Origin: Fibrobacteria bacterium | Lineage (GTDB): Bacteria; Fibrobacterota; Fibrobacteria; UBA11236 | NCBI GenBank assembly: GCA_041746255.1 | Contig: JBGTHM010000056.1 | Span: 1-29,227 of the forward strand | Direction: 5' to 3' | DNA length: 29,227 nucleotides | Shown: piece after piece, positions 9,506 through 18,323 of the stretch | How the letters are laid out: every line of letters begins with the position of its first letter | Position numbering within the stretch: the stretch's first letter is position 1 | The notes under the pieces: model-generated | Databases searched by the model: none | Seen by the model: the letters and a program-made list of their open reading frames with translations, nothing else | Told to the model about the DNA's origin: nothing | Made by a program: the position numbers and the translations under genes

Positions 9506-10324
9506 ATGAAACCCCGCGTTTGCGTCATCACCGGCTACGGCATCAACTCCGACTACGAACTGGAACATTGTTTCGCTTTGGCGGGAGGCGACGCCCGCCG
9601 CGTGCATATCAACGATCTCATTTCCGGAACCGTTAGACTCGCCGATTTCGATATCCTGGCCGTGCCGGGCGGCTTCTCTTTCGGCGACCATATCGCCAGT
9701 GGACGCGTATTCGCCAACAAACTCAAACGTTTTCTCGGCGACGAACTGCAAACCGCGGTGCAAAAAGGCGTGCCCATCATCGGCATATGCAATGGTTTTC
9801 AGGTGTTGATCAAATTGGGGCTCCTTCCAGGCCCCGACGCGAAAGCCCCCGGCGAAACCCAAGACGGCGCCACCGCCGCGGGCGCCCTGCGTCAAACCAG
9901 CACGCTCACCTTCAACGACTCCGGCCGTTTCGAAGACCGCTGGTGCCATCTCAAGGCCGTAACCCAATCCCCCTGCATCTGGACGCGCGGCATCGACATG
10001 ACCTATTTACCCGTGCGCCACGGCGAAGGAAAATTCGTCCCCGCCGACGAAGCGGAATTACAACGCCTGCGCGACAACGGGATGATTTGCCTACGCTACG
10101 CCACCGCTACCGGGGGCCGTCCCGACTTCCCCGCCAATCCCAACGGATCGGTGGACGATGTGGCGGGTATCTGCAACGAAAGCGGCTTGGTGTTCGGATT
10201 GATGCCGCATCCGGAAGCCCATATGCATGCCACCAATCACCCGCAATGGCTGCGGTTGGGATTACGCGGCGAAGGCGAAGGCCTTAGGTTTTTCCGGAAT
10301 GCGGTGGATTTTGTAGGGAAATAG
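9506..10324 (+). CDS. purQ: FGAM synthase glutaminase subunit PurQ
   Basis: PGGFSFGD, GICNGFQ (catalytic Cys), RHGEG, NPNGS and GLMPHPE motifs. Directly follows purL. Confidence 0.95.
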   Translation: MKPRVCVITGYGINSDYELEHCFALAGGDARRVHINDLISGTVRLADFDILAVPGGFSFGDHIASGRVFANKLKRFLGDELQTAVQKGVPIIGICNGFQVLIKLGLLPGPDAKAPGETQDGATAAGALRQTSTLTFNDSGRFEDRWCHLKAVTQSPCIWTRGIDMTYLPVRHGEGKFVPADEAELQRLRDNGMICLRYATATGGRPDFPANPNGSVDDVAGICNESGLVFGLMPHPEAHMHATNHPQWLRLGLRGEGEGLRFFRNAVDFVGK

Positions 10325-10375
10325 CATTTGCTTAGAGGGGGATTGAATTGTTCCCACTTTTAACATTGCTGCGGA

Positions 10376-10544
10376 CCGGGTCCACTCGCGGGGGAAATTT
10401 TTCCGGCACGCTCCGCCCATTCCACTTTGCGATTCGGTTGTCGTCGCAACTCGCCCGCTACGCGGGCTCAGACAGGCTCCGACAACCTACGCAAAGCGGG
10501 GGCTTCGCTGACGCCTACAAAATTCCCCCCGCGAGTGGACCCGG
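10376..10544. repeat. 169-bp nested palindromic element (MITE/REP-like) between convergent purQ and gmk
   Basis: 26-bp terminal inverted repeat with 1 mismatch (10376-10401 / 10519-10544). Inner pairs CTTTGCG/CGCAAAG and GGTTGTCG/CGACAACC. Apical GCCCGC-TAC-GCGGGC hairpin. Confidence 0.8.
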
Positions 10545-10598
10545 CTCTCTGCTTGGAGGTGGCTCTATCGTTGTGCGGACCCGGCGGATAAGATTGGG

Positions 10599-11207
10599 TT
10601 AGGCCCGGCGAAGATCGGGCTCTACGCCCATTTCCCTGCCGAGTATGTCCGTCAGTTCTTGCAAGGTGGCTTTGAACACGTCGTTTTCTACCGTGTATTC
10701 ATACTTACCGCGCGATTCGGCGAATTCCAATTCCTGGGCGGCGTTTTTAAGGCGTAAAGCGATGGCTTCTTCGGGATCGGAGGAGCGCGTACGCAGGCGC
10801 TCTTCCAAAACTTTGAGACTGGGTGGTTTGATAAGGATACCTACGGCATCGGGATAGACCCTGTCGAAGTTCACCTTGCCGTAAACGTCTAGATCCAGAA
10901 TCACCGAATGGCCGGCGGCCAAAGCCCTATCGATGGGTTCTTTGGGTGTTCCGTAAAAATTGCCGTGAACCTCGTTATACTCCACCAACTCGCCATGCTC
11001 AATCATGTCGTGAAATTGTTCCGGCGTCTTGAAAAAATAATGGATGCCGTCCAACTCGCCTGGACGCGGTAGACGGGTGGTCGCGGATACGGAATATTTG
11101 AGATTGGAAAAGCGGCTCATCAGCGCGTCTTTCAAGGAGCTCTTACCCGCTCCCGACGGCGCTGAGAAAACGATCAACCGTCCGGGACGGACGGATTCAC
11201 CGACCAT
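10599..11207 (-). CDS. gmk: Guanylate kinase
   Basis: SAPSGAGKS P-loop, SVSATTRLPRPGELDGIHYFF, VHGNFYGT and PPSLKVLEERL. Confidence 0.97.
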   Translation of the reverse strand: MVGESVRPGRLIVFSAPSGAGKSSLKDALMSRFSNLKYSVSATTRLPRPGELDGIHYFFKTPEQFHDMIEHGELVEYNEVHGNFYGTPKEPIDRALAAGHSVILDLDVYGKVNFDRVYPDAVGILIKPPSLKVLEERLRTRSSDPEEAIALRLKNAAQELEFAESRGKYEYTVENDVFKATLQELTDILGREMGVEPDLRRA

Positions 11208-11490
11208 GGGTTTTGTTATCCTCGCGCAACTTTTCCAAGAAAGGAATGTTCAGCAACAGCTCATTGCGTTGGTTCTGCTCCTTTTCACGCGCATCCGCCT
11301 GGTTCTTGGCCAAGGCGGTTTGGTTGTTATGGCGTTTCGCGAGCACGATTTCCATTTGGACCATCTCTTCCAGTCGGTTGACCGCATATTCGAGCGTGGC
11401 GATGGTTCGGATGATGAGCATATAGGATCCGAGCAAGGTGAAAGCCAGCAGGATTGCGAAGAATAGCTGCAATTTCAAATCGATACTCAT
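11197..11490 (-). CDS. Small single-TM hypothetical protein with coiled-coil C-terminus
   Basis: ATG 11490 with a GGAGG RBS, N-terminal hydrophobic helix, 3' overlap with the gmk start. Confidence 0.75.
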   Translation of the reverse strand: MSIDLKLQLFFAILLAFTLLGSYMLIIRTIATLEYAVNRLEEMVQMEIVLAKRHNNQTALAKNQADAREKEQNQRNELLLNIPFLEKLREDNKTHGR

Positions 11491-11683
11491 GACAAACCCT
11501 CCGGCCAACCGCCGTTCCGGGGCGCATAACCCAACCGGCTCAAGCCGGAATCAGGCTGGAAGTTAATAAATATCCCCGGGAACCGAACCTTTCCATTATA
11601 CCCCAAAGTTGTCCGGGCTTTCACCCCAAGATGAATGCCGGTTTCCCCTATTCGGGAAGCCCATGGCTTGGTACCTTTAGCCT

Positions 11684-12556
11684 ATGCTTTTCCAAAACCT
11701 GGACGAATCCCTTTTAACGGATGCCCTGCGCGTAAAATACCGACAGCTGTGCGACATCCTGCTCTCGCTGGAATCCGCGGCCATAGGGTTTTCCGGAGGT
11801 GTCGATTCGGCCCTTTTATCGGCAGTGGCCGCGCGGGTCCTGGGCGGCAAGGCAATCGCCTGCTTGGCCGTCAGCCCTTCTTTGGCCAGGCGCGAGTATG
11901 CCGGTGCGGTCGCTACCGCGCGTGAACTCGGACTAAGACTGGAAGTCTACGCGGCCACCGAATTCACCAATCCCGATTATGTTCGCAACGATGCCCGCCG
12001 CTGCTTCCACTGCAAGGCCGATTTGTTTAAACATCTGCGGGTTTTTGCCCAAGCGCATGGGCTTCGACATTTACTCTATGGCGGCAACGTCGACGATTTG
12101 CAGGATTACCGACCCGGCCATGACGCCGCGCACGCCGCCGAGGCACGCGCACCTTTGGCCGAAGCGGGTTTGGGTAAAAATGAAATCCGGGAATTGGCAC
12201 GGCTATTGGGAATTTCCGTGCATCAAAAACCGGCCTCCCCCTGTCTCAGTAGCCGTATTCCCTATGGAAGCGCCGTCACTCCCGAAAAATTGGCCGCCGT
12301 AGAAGCGGGCGAAGAAGTTTTGCAGGATATCGGTTTCAGCGTTTCCCGGGTCCGGCATGAAGGGGATACCGCCCGCATCGAAGTTCCGGTGTCCGAGATT
12401 CCCCTATTCGCGCAAAGCCCAACCACCGATCGGCTGGTAACAACATTGAAACGTCACGGTTTCAAGCACATCGTAATCGACCTGGAGGGGTTTCGCACCG
12501 GAAACCTGAACGCGAGACTGCCCGAAGCCCGGGCCGCCGCTTCAGTCGGAGAGTAG
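11684..12556 (+). CDS. larE: LarE-family ATP-dependent sulfur transferase (PP-loop)
   Basis: FSGGVDS PP-loop, RCFHCK, DDLQDYRPG, PCLSSRIPYG, RVRHEGDTARIEV and DLEGFRTG. Confidence 0.9.
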   Translation: MLFQNLDESLLTDALRVKYRQLCDILLSLESAAIGFSGGVDSALLSAVAARVLGGKAIACLAVSPSLARREYAGAVATARELGLRLEVYAATEFTNPDYVRNDARRCFHCKADLFKHLRVFAQAHGLRHLLYGGNVDDLQDYRPGHDAAHAAEARAPLAEAGLGKNEIRELARLLGISVHQKPASPCLSSRIPYGSAVTPEKLAAVEAGEEVLQDIGFSVSRVRHEGDTARIEVPVSEIPLFAQSPTTDRLVTTLKRHGFKHIVIDLEGFRTGNLNARLPEARAAASVGE

Positions 12557-13120
12557 CACCCAGCTGGAGAGGTTCGAGCCATGGGAGCGATGTTCGGCGC
12601 GGTAAACTCCGGCTGCCATTTTCTGACCGGAACGGTTGCGGCCGTCCCAAAGAATAGCGTCGCTATTTCCCATGGGGCGCAGTTGGCGTACTTCTTCACC
12701 CTCTTGATTGACGACGACCAAAATACCGGGTTCCACGCCTTCAGGAAGCACAAAGCGAATGATTCCCGGACCCGGTAATTTACGCCAGGCCAAACTTTCC
12801 CGGGTCGGGTTCTCAGAAGAGGCATTACCCTTTTCCGCTCCAGCCGTGGGACGATGCATTAAAGCGGCGTTCAGCGCAAAGGAGTTGTTTCCCAACGAGG
12901 CCAACCGATTGCCCGAGATTTCGTTCAGAATCTGGGGAGGAGAACCCGTAACCTTCAAGATACTCCCTTCTTTGAAGGAGGTCGGTGTCACACCCGCATC
13001 GGAAAAGGCTAATTCCCATGCTAGGGGAGGCACAAAATCGTTCTCGCGGGATTGGGCATCAACTGTCAGTGCGAAAGAAACCAGGGCGACAATGGCAACG
13101 AAGGGTTTAGGCTGGGTCAT
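12542..13120 (-). CDS. Secreted hypothetical protein with C-terminal FlgD-type Ig/sorting domain
   Basis: Signal peptide ending LTVDA-Q. C-terminal VVNQEGEEVRQL...ILWDGRNRSGQKMAAGVY pattern. GAGG RBS. Confidence 0.75.
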   Translation of the reverse strand: MTQPKPFVAIVALVSFALTVDAQSRENDFVPPLAWELAFSDAGVTPTSFKEGSILKVTGSPPQILNEISGNRLASLGNNSFALNAALMHRPTAGAEKGNASSENPTRESLAWRKLPGPGIIRFVLPEGVEPGILVVVNQEGEEVRQLRPMGNSDAILWDGRNRSGQKMAAGVYRAEHRSHGSNLSSWVLLSD

Positions 13121-13295
13121 GGCGGCCTCTCGTAATGGATTTGGTCACCGGGGCTTGACATCCCGCTTTTCCCACCGGGTCAAAGGGCGCAAGCGCGGCT
13201 GCCATAAGCTTACGGCCCGGTGGAAAAAAATGGAAGCCATTCCTATAAGCACAATTTGAGAAGTTATAAGGTTTCCAGGGGGTTTTTGAGAATTC

Positions 13296-13321
13296 AAACG
13301 GCGGATACCAGACCGCTGTTT
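13296..13321 (-). terminator. Putative intrinsic terminator after the Fe-ADH gene
   Basis: AAACAGCGG-N8-CCGCCGTTT imperfect hairpin 17 nt past the stop. The U-tract is short. Confidence 0.35.
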
Positions 13322-13337
13322 CTCTGCTGAAAATCGT

Positions 13338-14489
13338 CTAGAAAGCCGCGCGGTAAACGGACAGGAGGTATTCGCGCGTTACCGGTACGGCATTGCCGGT
13401 ATGGCAGGTATCCGCGAAGGCCGCGTGGCTCAAATCCTCCAAATCGCCCTCGGGAACCCCATGGTTCCGAAGCCCGAAACGGATGCCCAGGGACGTGAAA
13501 AACCCCGTCAGGGTTTGCGAGAGCAACTCCCTATCCAGTCCGGCTTCCATGAACAACAGCATCACTTTGTCGATTTTAAACTGAGCGGTTTCGGGAAGGT
13601 CCATCCGTTCCAGAAAGGCCATGGAAGCGGGTAAAAGCAAGGCATTGGCCAAGCCGTGATGGGTATTGTACCGAGCCGAAAGCGGGTGCGCCAGGGAATG
13701 CACCATCCCCAGCCCTTTTTGAAAGGCGGTGGCGCCCATAGCGGCCGCCATTTGCATATGTCCCCGCGCCTCCAAATCTCCGCCATTCTTATAAGCGACA
13801 GGAAGATTACGCAAAATGAGCCGGATACCTTCGAGAGCGATGCCGTCGGCCATGGGGTGATAGCTGGGCGTGAAATAGGCTTCCAGGCAATGGGTCAAAG
13901 CGTCGATACCCGTAGCCGCCGTAAGCGCCGGAGGTAACTTCGCGGTTAAAACTGGTTCCAGCACGGCCCAATCGGGAATGAGGCGCGGATGGAAAAAAAT
14001 GGTTTTGGTTTGCGTGGCGCGTAAAACGATTACACCGGAACGCCCCACTTCGCTGCCGGTTCCCGCCGTGGTCGGAATGGCGGCCAGGGGCGGCATGGGA
14101 TTTACGATGAGGCCGTATCCTCTTTGCGCATCGTCATAACGCGCCAAGGGCCCTGCATGCGCCACCATCAACTTGATGACTTTCGCCGCGTCCAATGCGC
14201 TGCCTCCCCCCAAAGCCAACAAACAGTCGCATTGCGATGCCTTATACGCCGCCACGCCTTTTTCGACATCCTCTTCCAAGGGGTTGGGATGAACTTCGGA
14301 GAAAAGCGTGACCTTCAGGCCCGCTTCCGTCGCCGCCGTTTCCACCCGGCCCACCAAATCCGTAGCCAATAGCCCGGGATCGGTAACCAGCAAGGGACGG
14401 GAAAGCCCGCGGTTCCGCATTTCGGCCAGCGCCGCCGCCAAAGCTCCGTTTCCGAAAAGAATGGCCGTGGGAAAATGGAATCTTTGCAT
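13338..14489 (-). CDS. Iron-containing alcohol dehydrogenase
   Basis: GGGSALDAAK, IPTTAGTGSE, GIDALTHCLEAY and HSLAH...HHGLANA metal ligands. Confidence 0.95.
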   Translation of the reverse strand: MQRFHFPTAILFGNGALAAALAEMRNRGLSRPLLVTDPGLLATDLVGRVETAATEAGLKVTLFSEVHPNPLEEDVEKGVAAYKASQCDCLLALGGGSALDAAKVIKLMVAHAGPLARYDDAQRGYGLIVNPMPPLAAIPTTAGTGSEVGRSGVIVLRATQTKTIFFHPRLIPDWAVLEPVLTAKLPPALTAATGIDALTHCLEAYFTPSYHPMADGIALEGIRLILRNLPVAYKNGGDLEARGHMQMAAAMGATAFQKGLGMVHSLAHPLSARYNTHHGLANALLLPASMAFLERMDLPETAQFKIDKVMLLFMEAGLDRELLSQTLTGFFTSLGIRFGLRNHGVPEGDLEDLSHAAFADTCHTGNAVPVTREYLLSVYRAAF

Positions 14490-14505
14490 CGGCTCTCCCG
14501 CGGGT

Positions 14506-15912
14506 TTAAATGATTTCGAAATAACGTTTCAATTGCCAATCATTGATGCTGCGTTCGTATTCGCGCACTTCCCACTCGCGGGTGCCGGCGAAATGCTCCA
14601 CGAATTCGCCACCGAACATTTCCACCGCTTCCGCCGATTCGCGAAAGGGAGCGATAGCCTGCCGCAAGTTACTGGGAAGCCGATGCGCTTCGGAACCGCT
14701 GTCGTCATAGGCGCAGCCCGTAACCGGATCGCCGGGATCCAATTTACGCTCGATTCCCAATAGGCCCGCAGCCAGGCAAGCCGACGCCACCAAATAGGGA
14801 TTTGCATCGGCGCCGGGCAGACGGTACTCGAGGCGTTGCGATTTTTCACTTCCGGGAATGACTCGCAAGGCCGTAGTGCGATTCTCCACGCCCCAAGTAA
14901 GCGAAGTCGGGGCCCAGGCGCCTTTGACCAGTCTTGTGTAGCTGTTTACCGTGGGCGCGCTCATCGCCAGAAAAGGCCTTAGGTATTGTCGCAAGCCCGC
15001 CAGATAATGTTCCATGGATTTACTCATTCCAAATCGGCCCGCCTTGTCATAAAAAACGCTGCGCCCCGTCTTGGCTTCAACCAGCGATTGATGCACATGA
15101 CCGCCGAGACCCGGATAATCCATGGACCACTTGGCCATAAAGGTCGCCATCAATCCGCGTTTCTGGAAAAAAGTCTTGGTGAAGGTTTTGAACACCGCCG
15201 CTTTATCGGGCGCCTTCACGCCCAAATCGGATCCCAGCGCGCCTTCCCAAACCCCCGGTCCCGTTTCGCAATGCAGGCCTTCGAGGGGGCAATCCATCGC
15301 CAGGCAATAATCCATGAAGGCGTTGAAAAGGTCGGAGTTGACGGAATTACGGATTATGGAATAACCGAAGTTACCCGGCGTAAAGGGGCGCAAGTCCTGG
15401 TAATGCTTGGCACGCACCGACTCGGGAGTTTCATTGAAAACGAAAAATTCGTATTCGAATCCCATGCGCACGAAAAACCCCATATCCTGGGCGCGTTTAA
15501 GCAAGCGTTGGTAGAGGCTGCGCGGGCATAAGGGATGCGAAGATCCATCCGCAGTTTTAAAATCGGCGAGAAAAAGCGGCAGGTTGTTCTCATCCGGTAT
15601 GCGCCTTTCACTGGCCCGGTCGATACGGAACAAGGCGTCGGGATAGGCCGTATGCCAGCCGGTGAATTTCGCGTTATCGTATAATTTATCATCGACGTCC
15701 CACCCCAGCACGCAATCACAAAAACACCCCATGCTGTCGGCCAGCGACCGGAATTTATCCAACGAGAGATACTTGCCGCGCATCACTCCGTCCATATCGG
15801 TAATGGCCAACTTGACGCGATGGATGCCATTGTTGGTGTATTCGGTGACGAGATCTTCTATTTCCATTTCGACGTCGGGAACTCCCGGGGGCGTTTTCCT
15901 GTTTTCCGGCAT
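14506..15912 (-). CDS. Glutamine synthetase-like gamma-glutamylamide ligase
   Basis: TDMDGVMRGK, FEYEF, HCETGPGVWE, GGHVHQSL, NSYTRLVKGAWAPT, ENRTTALR and EYRLPGADANPY. Sits between ALDH and ADH genes rather than with nitrogen regulators. Confidence 0.9.
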   Translation of the reverse strand: MPENRKTPPGVPDVEMEIEDLVTEYTNNGIHRVKLAITDMDGVMRGKYLSLDKFRSLADSMGCFCDCVLGWDVDDKLYDNAKFTGWHTAYPDALFRIDRASERRIPDENNLPLFLADFKTADGSSHPLCPRSLYQRLLKRAQDMGFFVRMGFEYEFFVFNETPESVRAKHYQDLRPFTPGNFGYSIIRNSVNSDLFNAFMDYCLAMDCPLEGLHCETGPGVWEGALGSDLGVKAPDKAAVFKTFTKTFFQKRGLMATFMAKWSMDYPGLGGHVHQSLVEAKTGRSVFYDKAGRFGMSKSMEHYLAGLRQYLRPFLAMSAPTVNSYTRLVKGAWAPTSLTWGVENRTTALRVIPGSEKSQRLEYRLPGADANPYLVASACLAAGLLGIERKLDPGDPVTGCAYDDSGSEAHRLPSNLRQAIAPFRESAEAVEMFGGEFVEHFAGTREWEVREYERSINDWQLKRYFEII

Positions 15913-15922
15913 GACTTGTCTC

Positions 15923-17305
15923 CTAGGCTAAACGAAAATTCAGGGCCTTGCGGCGCGTCAATGCAAGCATACCATAACGGGATAGCGCCGACCCCTTACC
16001 ACTGTCTTTGACGCCGGTCCAGGGCAGCGCGGGATCGAGGTAATCGCAGCGGTTCATGAACACGGTACCGGTTTCAGCCCCGCGCGCGAAAGCCTGGGCG
16101 CGTTTTTCATCGCGCGTATAAATAGCGCAGGTGAGGCCGTAGGCGGAGTCGTTCACCCTGCGCAAGGCCGGCTCGTCCCCGGGAACGGAGGACACGGGAA
16201 GCAGAGGGCCGAAGTTTTCCAGCTTCATGATTTCCGCCTCTTGGGGCACATCCGCCAGCAAAGTAGGAGGGAAGAAAACCGCCTTTCCCATCAAGGTCGT
16301 TTCGCCGCCGCAGAGTAAGAGAGCTCCCCGCCGCAGGGCCTCGCCGACTTGCCTTTCCATTTCGTGGGCGGAAGCGGGATCGGCCAAGGGACCCAAATTA
16401 GTGGTGGCCTCCATGGGATCGCCCAATACATAGGCGCGACACAGCGCCTCCGCATGTTTTAAAAATTCGGGATAGACTTTTTCATGCACGTAAACCCGCT
16501 CGATGCCGCAGCAGGACTGGCCGGCATTGTACATGGCCCCGTCGACCAGGCTTTCGGCGGCGGACTTCACGTCGGCGTCTTCGGCGACATAGGCCCCGTC
16601 TTTGCCTCCGAGTTCGAGATTGCAGTCGATGAAGCGCCGGGCCGCGCTGCGGTAGATTTCGTGCCCGCCGCGCACCGATCCGGTGAAGATGACATGGTCG
16701 ACGCCCGGGTTTTCGATGATGCCGGCGGTGACGGTATGGTCGGCGACGAAGGATTGCAAGATGTTTTCCAATCCGCCCAGGTTTCCGAAGGCGCGGGCGA
16801 AATGGTCTCCGATTATGGGCGTGATGCTGCTATGCTTGAGTAGTACGGTATTGCCGGTCAGTAACGCGGAAATTACCCCGTTTACGGAAATGACCAAGGG
16901 GTAATTCCAGGCCGAAATGACCAGCACCACGCCTAGTGGTTCATGCTCGATGGCGCGGTATTGGCCAGCGGGAGACGGGAGTATTTCAGGCTTGAGGGTT
17001 TCCTCGGCGACGGCGATAAGGTGGTTGGCGCGTTCGAAGAAAGTATCGATTTCGCGGCGGGCCTGCGTGATGGGTTTGCCCATATGGGCGGTGATGTCGG
17101 TCGCCACCTGTTCGCGGTGGGTTTCGAAATAGCTTAAGGCTTCGGAAAGCAGGGCGGCGCGTTTGCCGATGGGTAGCCCCCGCCAACTTACGAAGGCTTT
17201 ACCGGCGCGAGCGGTTCGGTCCGACAATTCCGTAGCGGAGAGCAGGGGATATTCGCCCAGCTTTTCGTGGGTGTAGGGGTTGACGGGTACTATGGATGCG
17301 GCCAC
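15923..17305 (-). CDS. Aldehyde dehydrogenase family protein
   Basis: ISAWNYP, FTGS, LELGGKD, NAGQSCC (catalytic Cys), ENFGP and WTGVKDSGKG. Likely GTG start at 17305. Confidence 0.95.
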   Translation of the reverse strand: MAASIVPVNPYTHEKLGEYPLLSATELSDRTARAGKAFVSWRGLPIGKRAALLSEALSYFETHREQVATDITAHMGKPITQARREIDTFFERANHLIAVAEETLKPEILPSPAGQYRAIEHEPLGVVLVISAWNYPLVISVNGVISALLTGNTVLLKHSSITPIIGDHFARAFGNLGGLENILQSFVADHTVTAGIIENPGVDHVIFTGSVRGGHEIYRSAARRFIDCNLELGGKDGAYVAEDADVKSAAESLVDGAMYNAGQSCCGIERVYVHEKVYPEFLKHAEALCRAYVLGDPMEATTNLGPLADPASAHEMERQVGEALRRGALLLCGGETTLMGKAVFFPPTLLADVPQEAEIMKLENFGPLLPVSSVPGDEPALRRVNDSAYGLTCAIYTRDEKRAQAFARGAETGTVFMNRCDYLDPALPWTGVKDSGKGSALSRYGMLALTRRKALNFRLA

Positions 17306-17480
17306 TGGCTTCCCTTTCTCGCTTCCTGTTTCCCCCGAATAGCTGAATCGGAATTTCGACAAGTGATTAGGGGAGGTGCGATGGTTAGACTATTGTTCCA
17401 TAGGTTATCTGTTTGGTAAAGGTAATTTTTCGGGAACGGGCAGGGTAGCGTAATGTGTTGAAAATGGTACCTTTTAGGCC

Positions 17481-18218
17481 ATGAGCCTTGAATTGATTCT
17501 TAAGGAAGTGGATGCCCGGCAAAAGGATATCAACTCGCTTAAGCCCTTTTCCAAAAAAAATATCCGGGGCTTGAAGGATTATTTCAAAATCGGCCTTACC
17601 TATAGCAGCAATGCCTTGGAAGGAAATACGCTAACGGAAAGTGAAACCAAGGTCGTTATTGAGGAAGGAATTGCAATCGGCGGCAAACCGCTCAAAGATC
17701 ATTATGAAGCAATAGGCCATGCCGAGGCTTTCGAAAAAATTTTCGAGTTCTACCGGGAAAAAAAGCTCACCGAATCGATACTCAAAGAATTGCATCTACT
17801 TTTTTTCGGCAGAATAGATAAAGACAATGCCGGGCGCTACCGGAGCGTCAACGCCTTCATCACCGGGTCGAAGTACCCCCTTCCCAAACCCGCGGAATTG
17901 CCGAAGTTAATGAAATCGTTGACTCGGCGCGCCTCGGGTTATCGGAAGCGATTACACCCCGTCCATACCGCGGCCTTATTGCACAAAGAGTTCGTCTTTA
18001 TTCATCCCTTCATCGATGGAAACGGACGTGTTGCCCGGCTGTTCATGAATTTGACGCTTCTTCAAGAAGGTTACCTGCCCGCCATCATTCCGCCCATACT
18101 ACGCGCTGAGTACATCCGGCTATTGGAAGAAGCGCATAAACGCGACGAAGCTTTCGTGATGTTTATCGGTGAAATGATTCGAGAAACCCAAAAAGATTAT
18201 TTGCGGATATTCAGATAA
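17481..18218 (+). CDS. Fic family protein (class II, N-terminal inhibitory helix)
   Basis: Canonical HPFIDGNGRVAR motif and N-terminal SNALEG matching (S/T)xxxE(G/N). Confidence 0.95.
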   Translation: MSLELILKEVDARQKDINSLKPFSKKNIRGLKDYFKIGLTYSSNALEGNTLTESETKVVIEEGIAIGGKPLKDHYEAIGHAEAFEKIFEFYREKKLTESILKELHLLFFGRIDKDNAGRYRSVNAFITGSKYPLPKPAELPKLMKSLTRRASGYRKRLHPVHTAALLHKEFVFIHPFIDGNGRVARLFMNLTLLQEGYLPAIIPPILRAEYIRLLEEAHKRDEAFVMFIGEMIRETQKDYLRIFR

Positions 18219-18274
18219 AACCCTACCATATCGCGATTGCCGCCAGTTCTTTATTCTGACGGGCACGGATACAA

Positions 18275-18307
18275 AAAACGAATCGTTCTGGATAAACGAT
18301 TCGTTTT
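18275..18307. terminator. Bidirectional intrinsic terminator
   Basis: AAAACGAATCGTT-CTGGATA-AACGATTCGTTTT perfect 13-bp inverted repeat between convergent genes. Confidence 0.75.
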
Positions 18308-18323
18308 ATTAAAAGTTTCGGGT

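Noticed and set aside
10348..10602. 84-aa ORF across the purQ-gmk gap
   Set aside because: An artefact of the GC-rich palindromic element.
13189..13205. TGGCAG...TTGC sigma54-like motif upstream of the FlgD-domain gene
   Set aside because: GG-GC spacing is 11 nt rather than the required 10.
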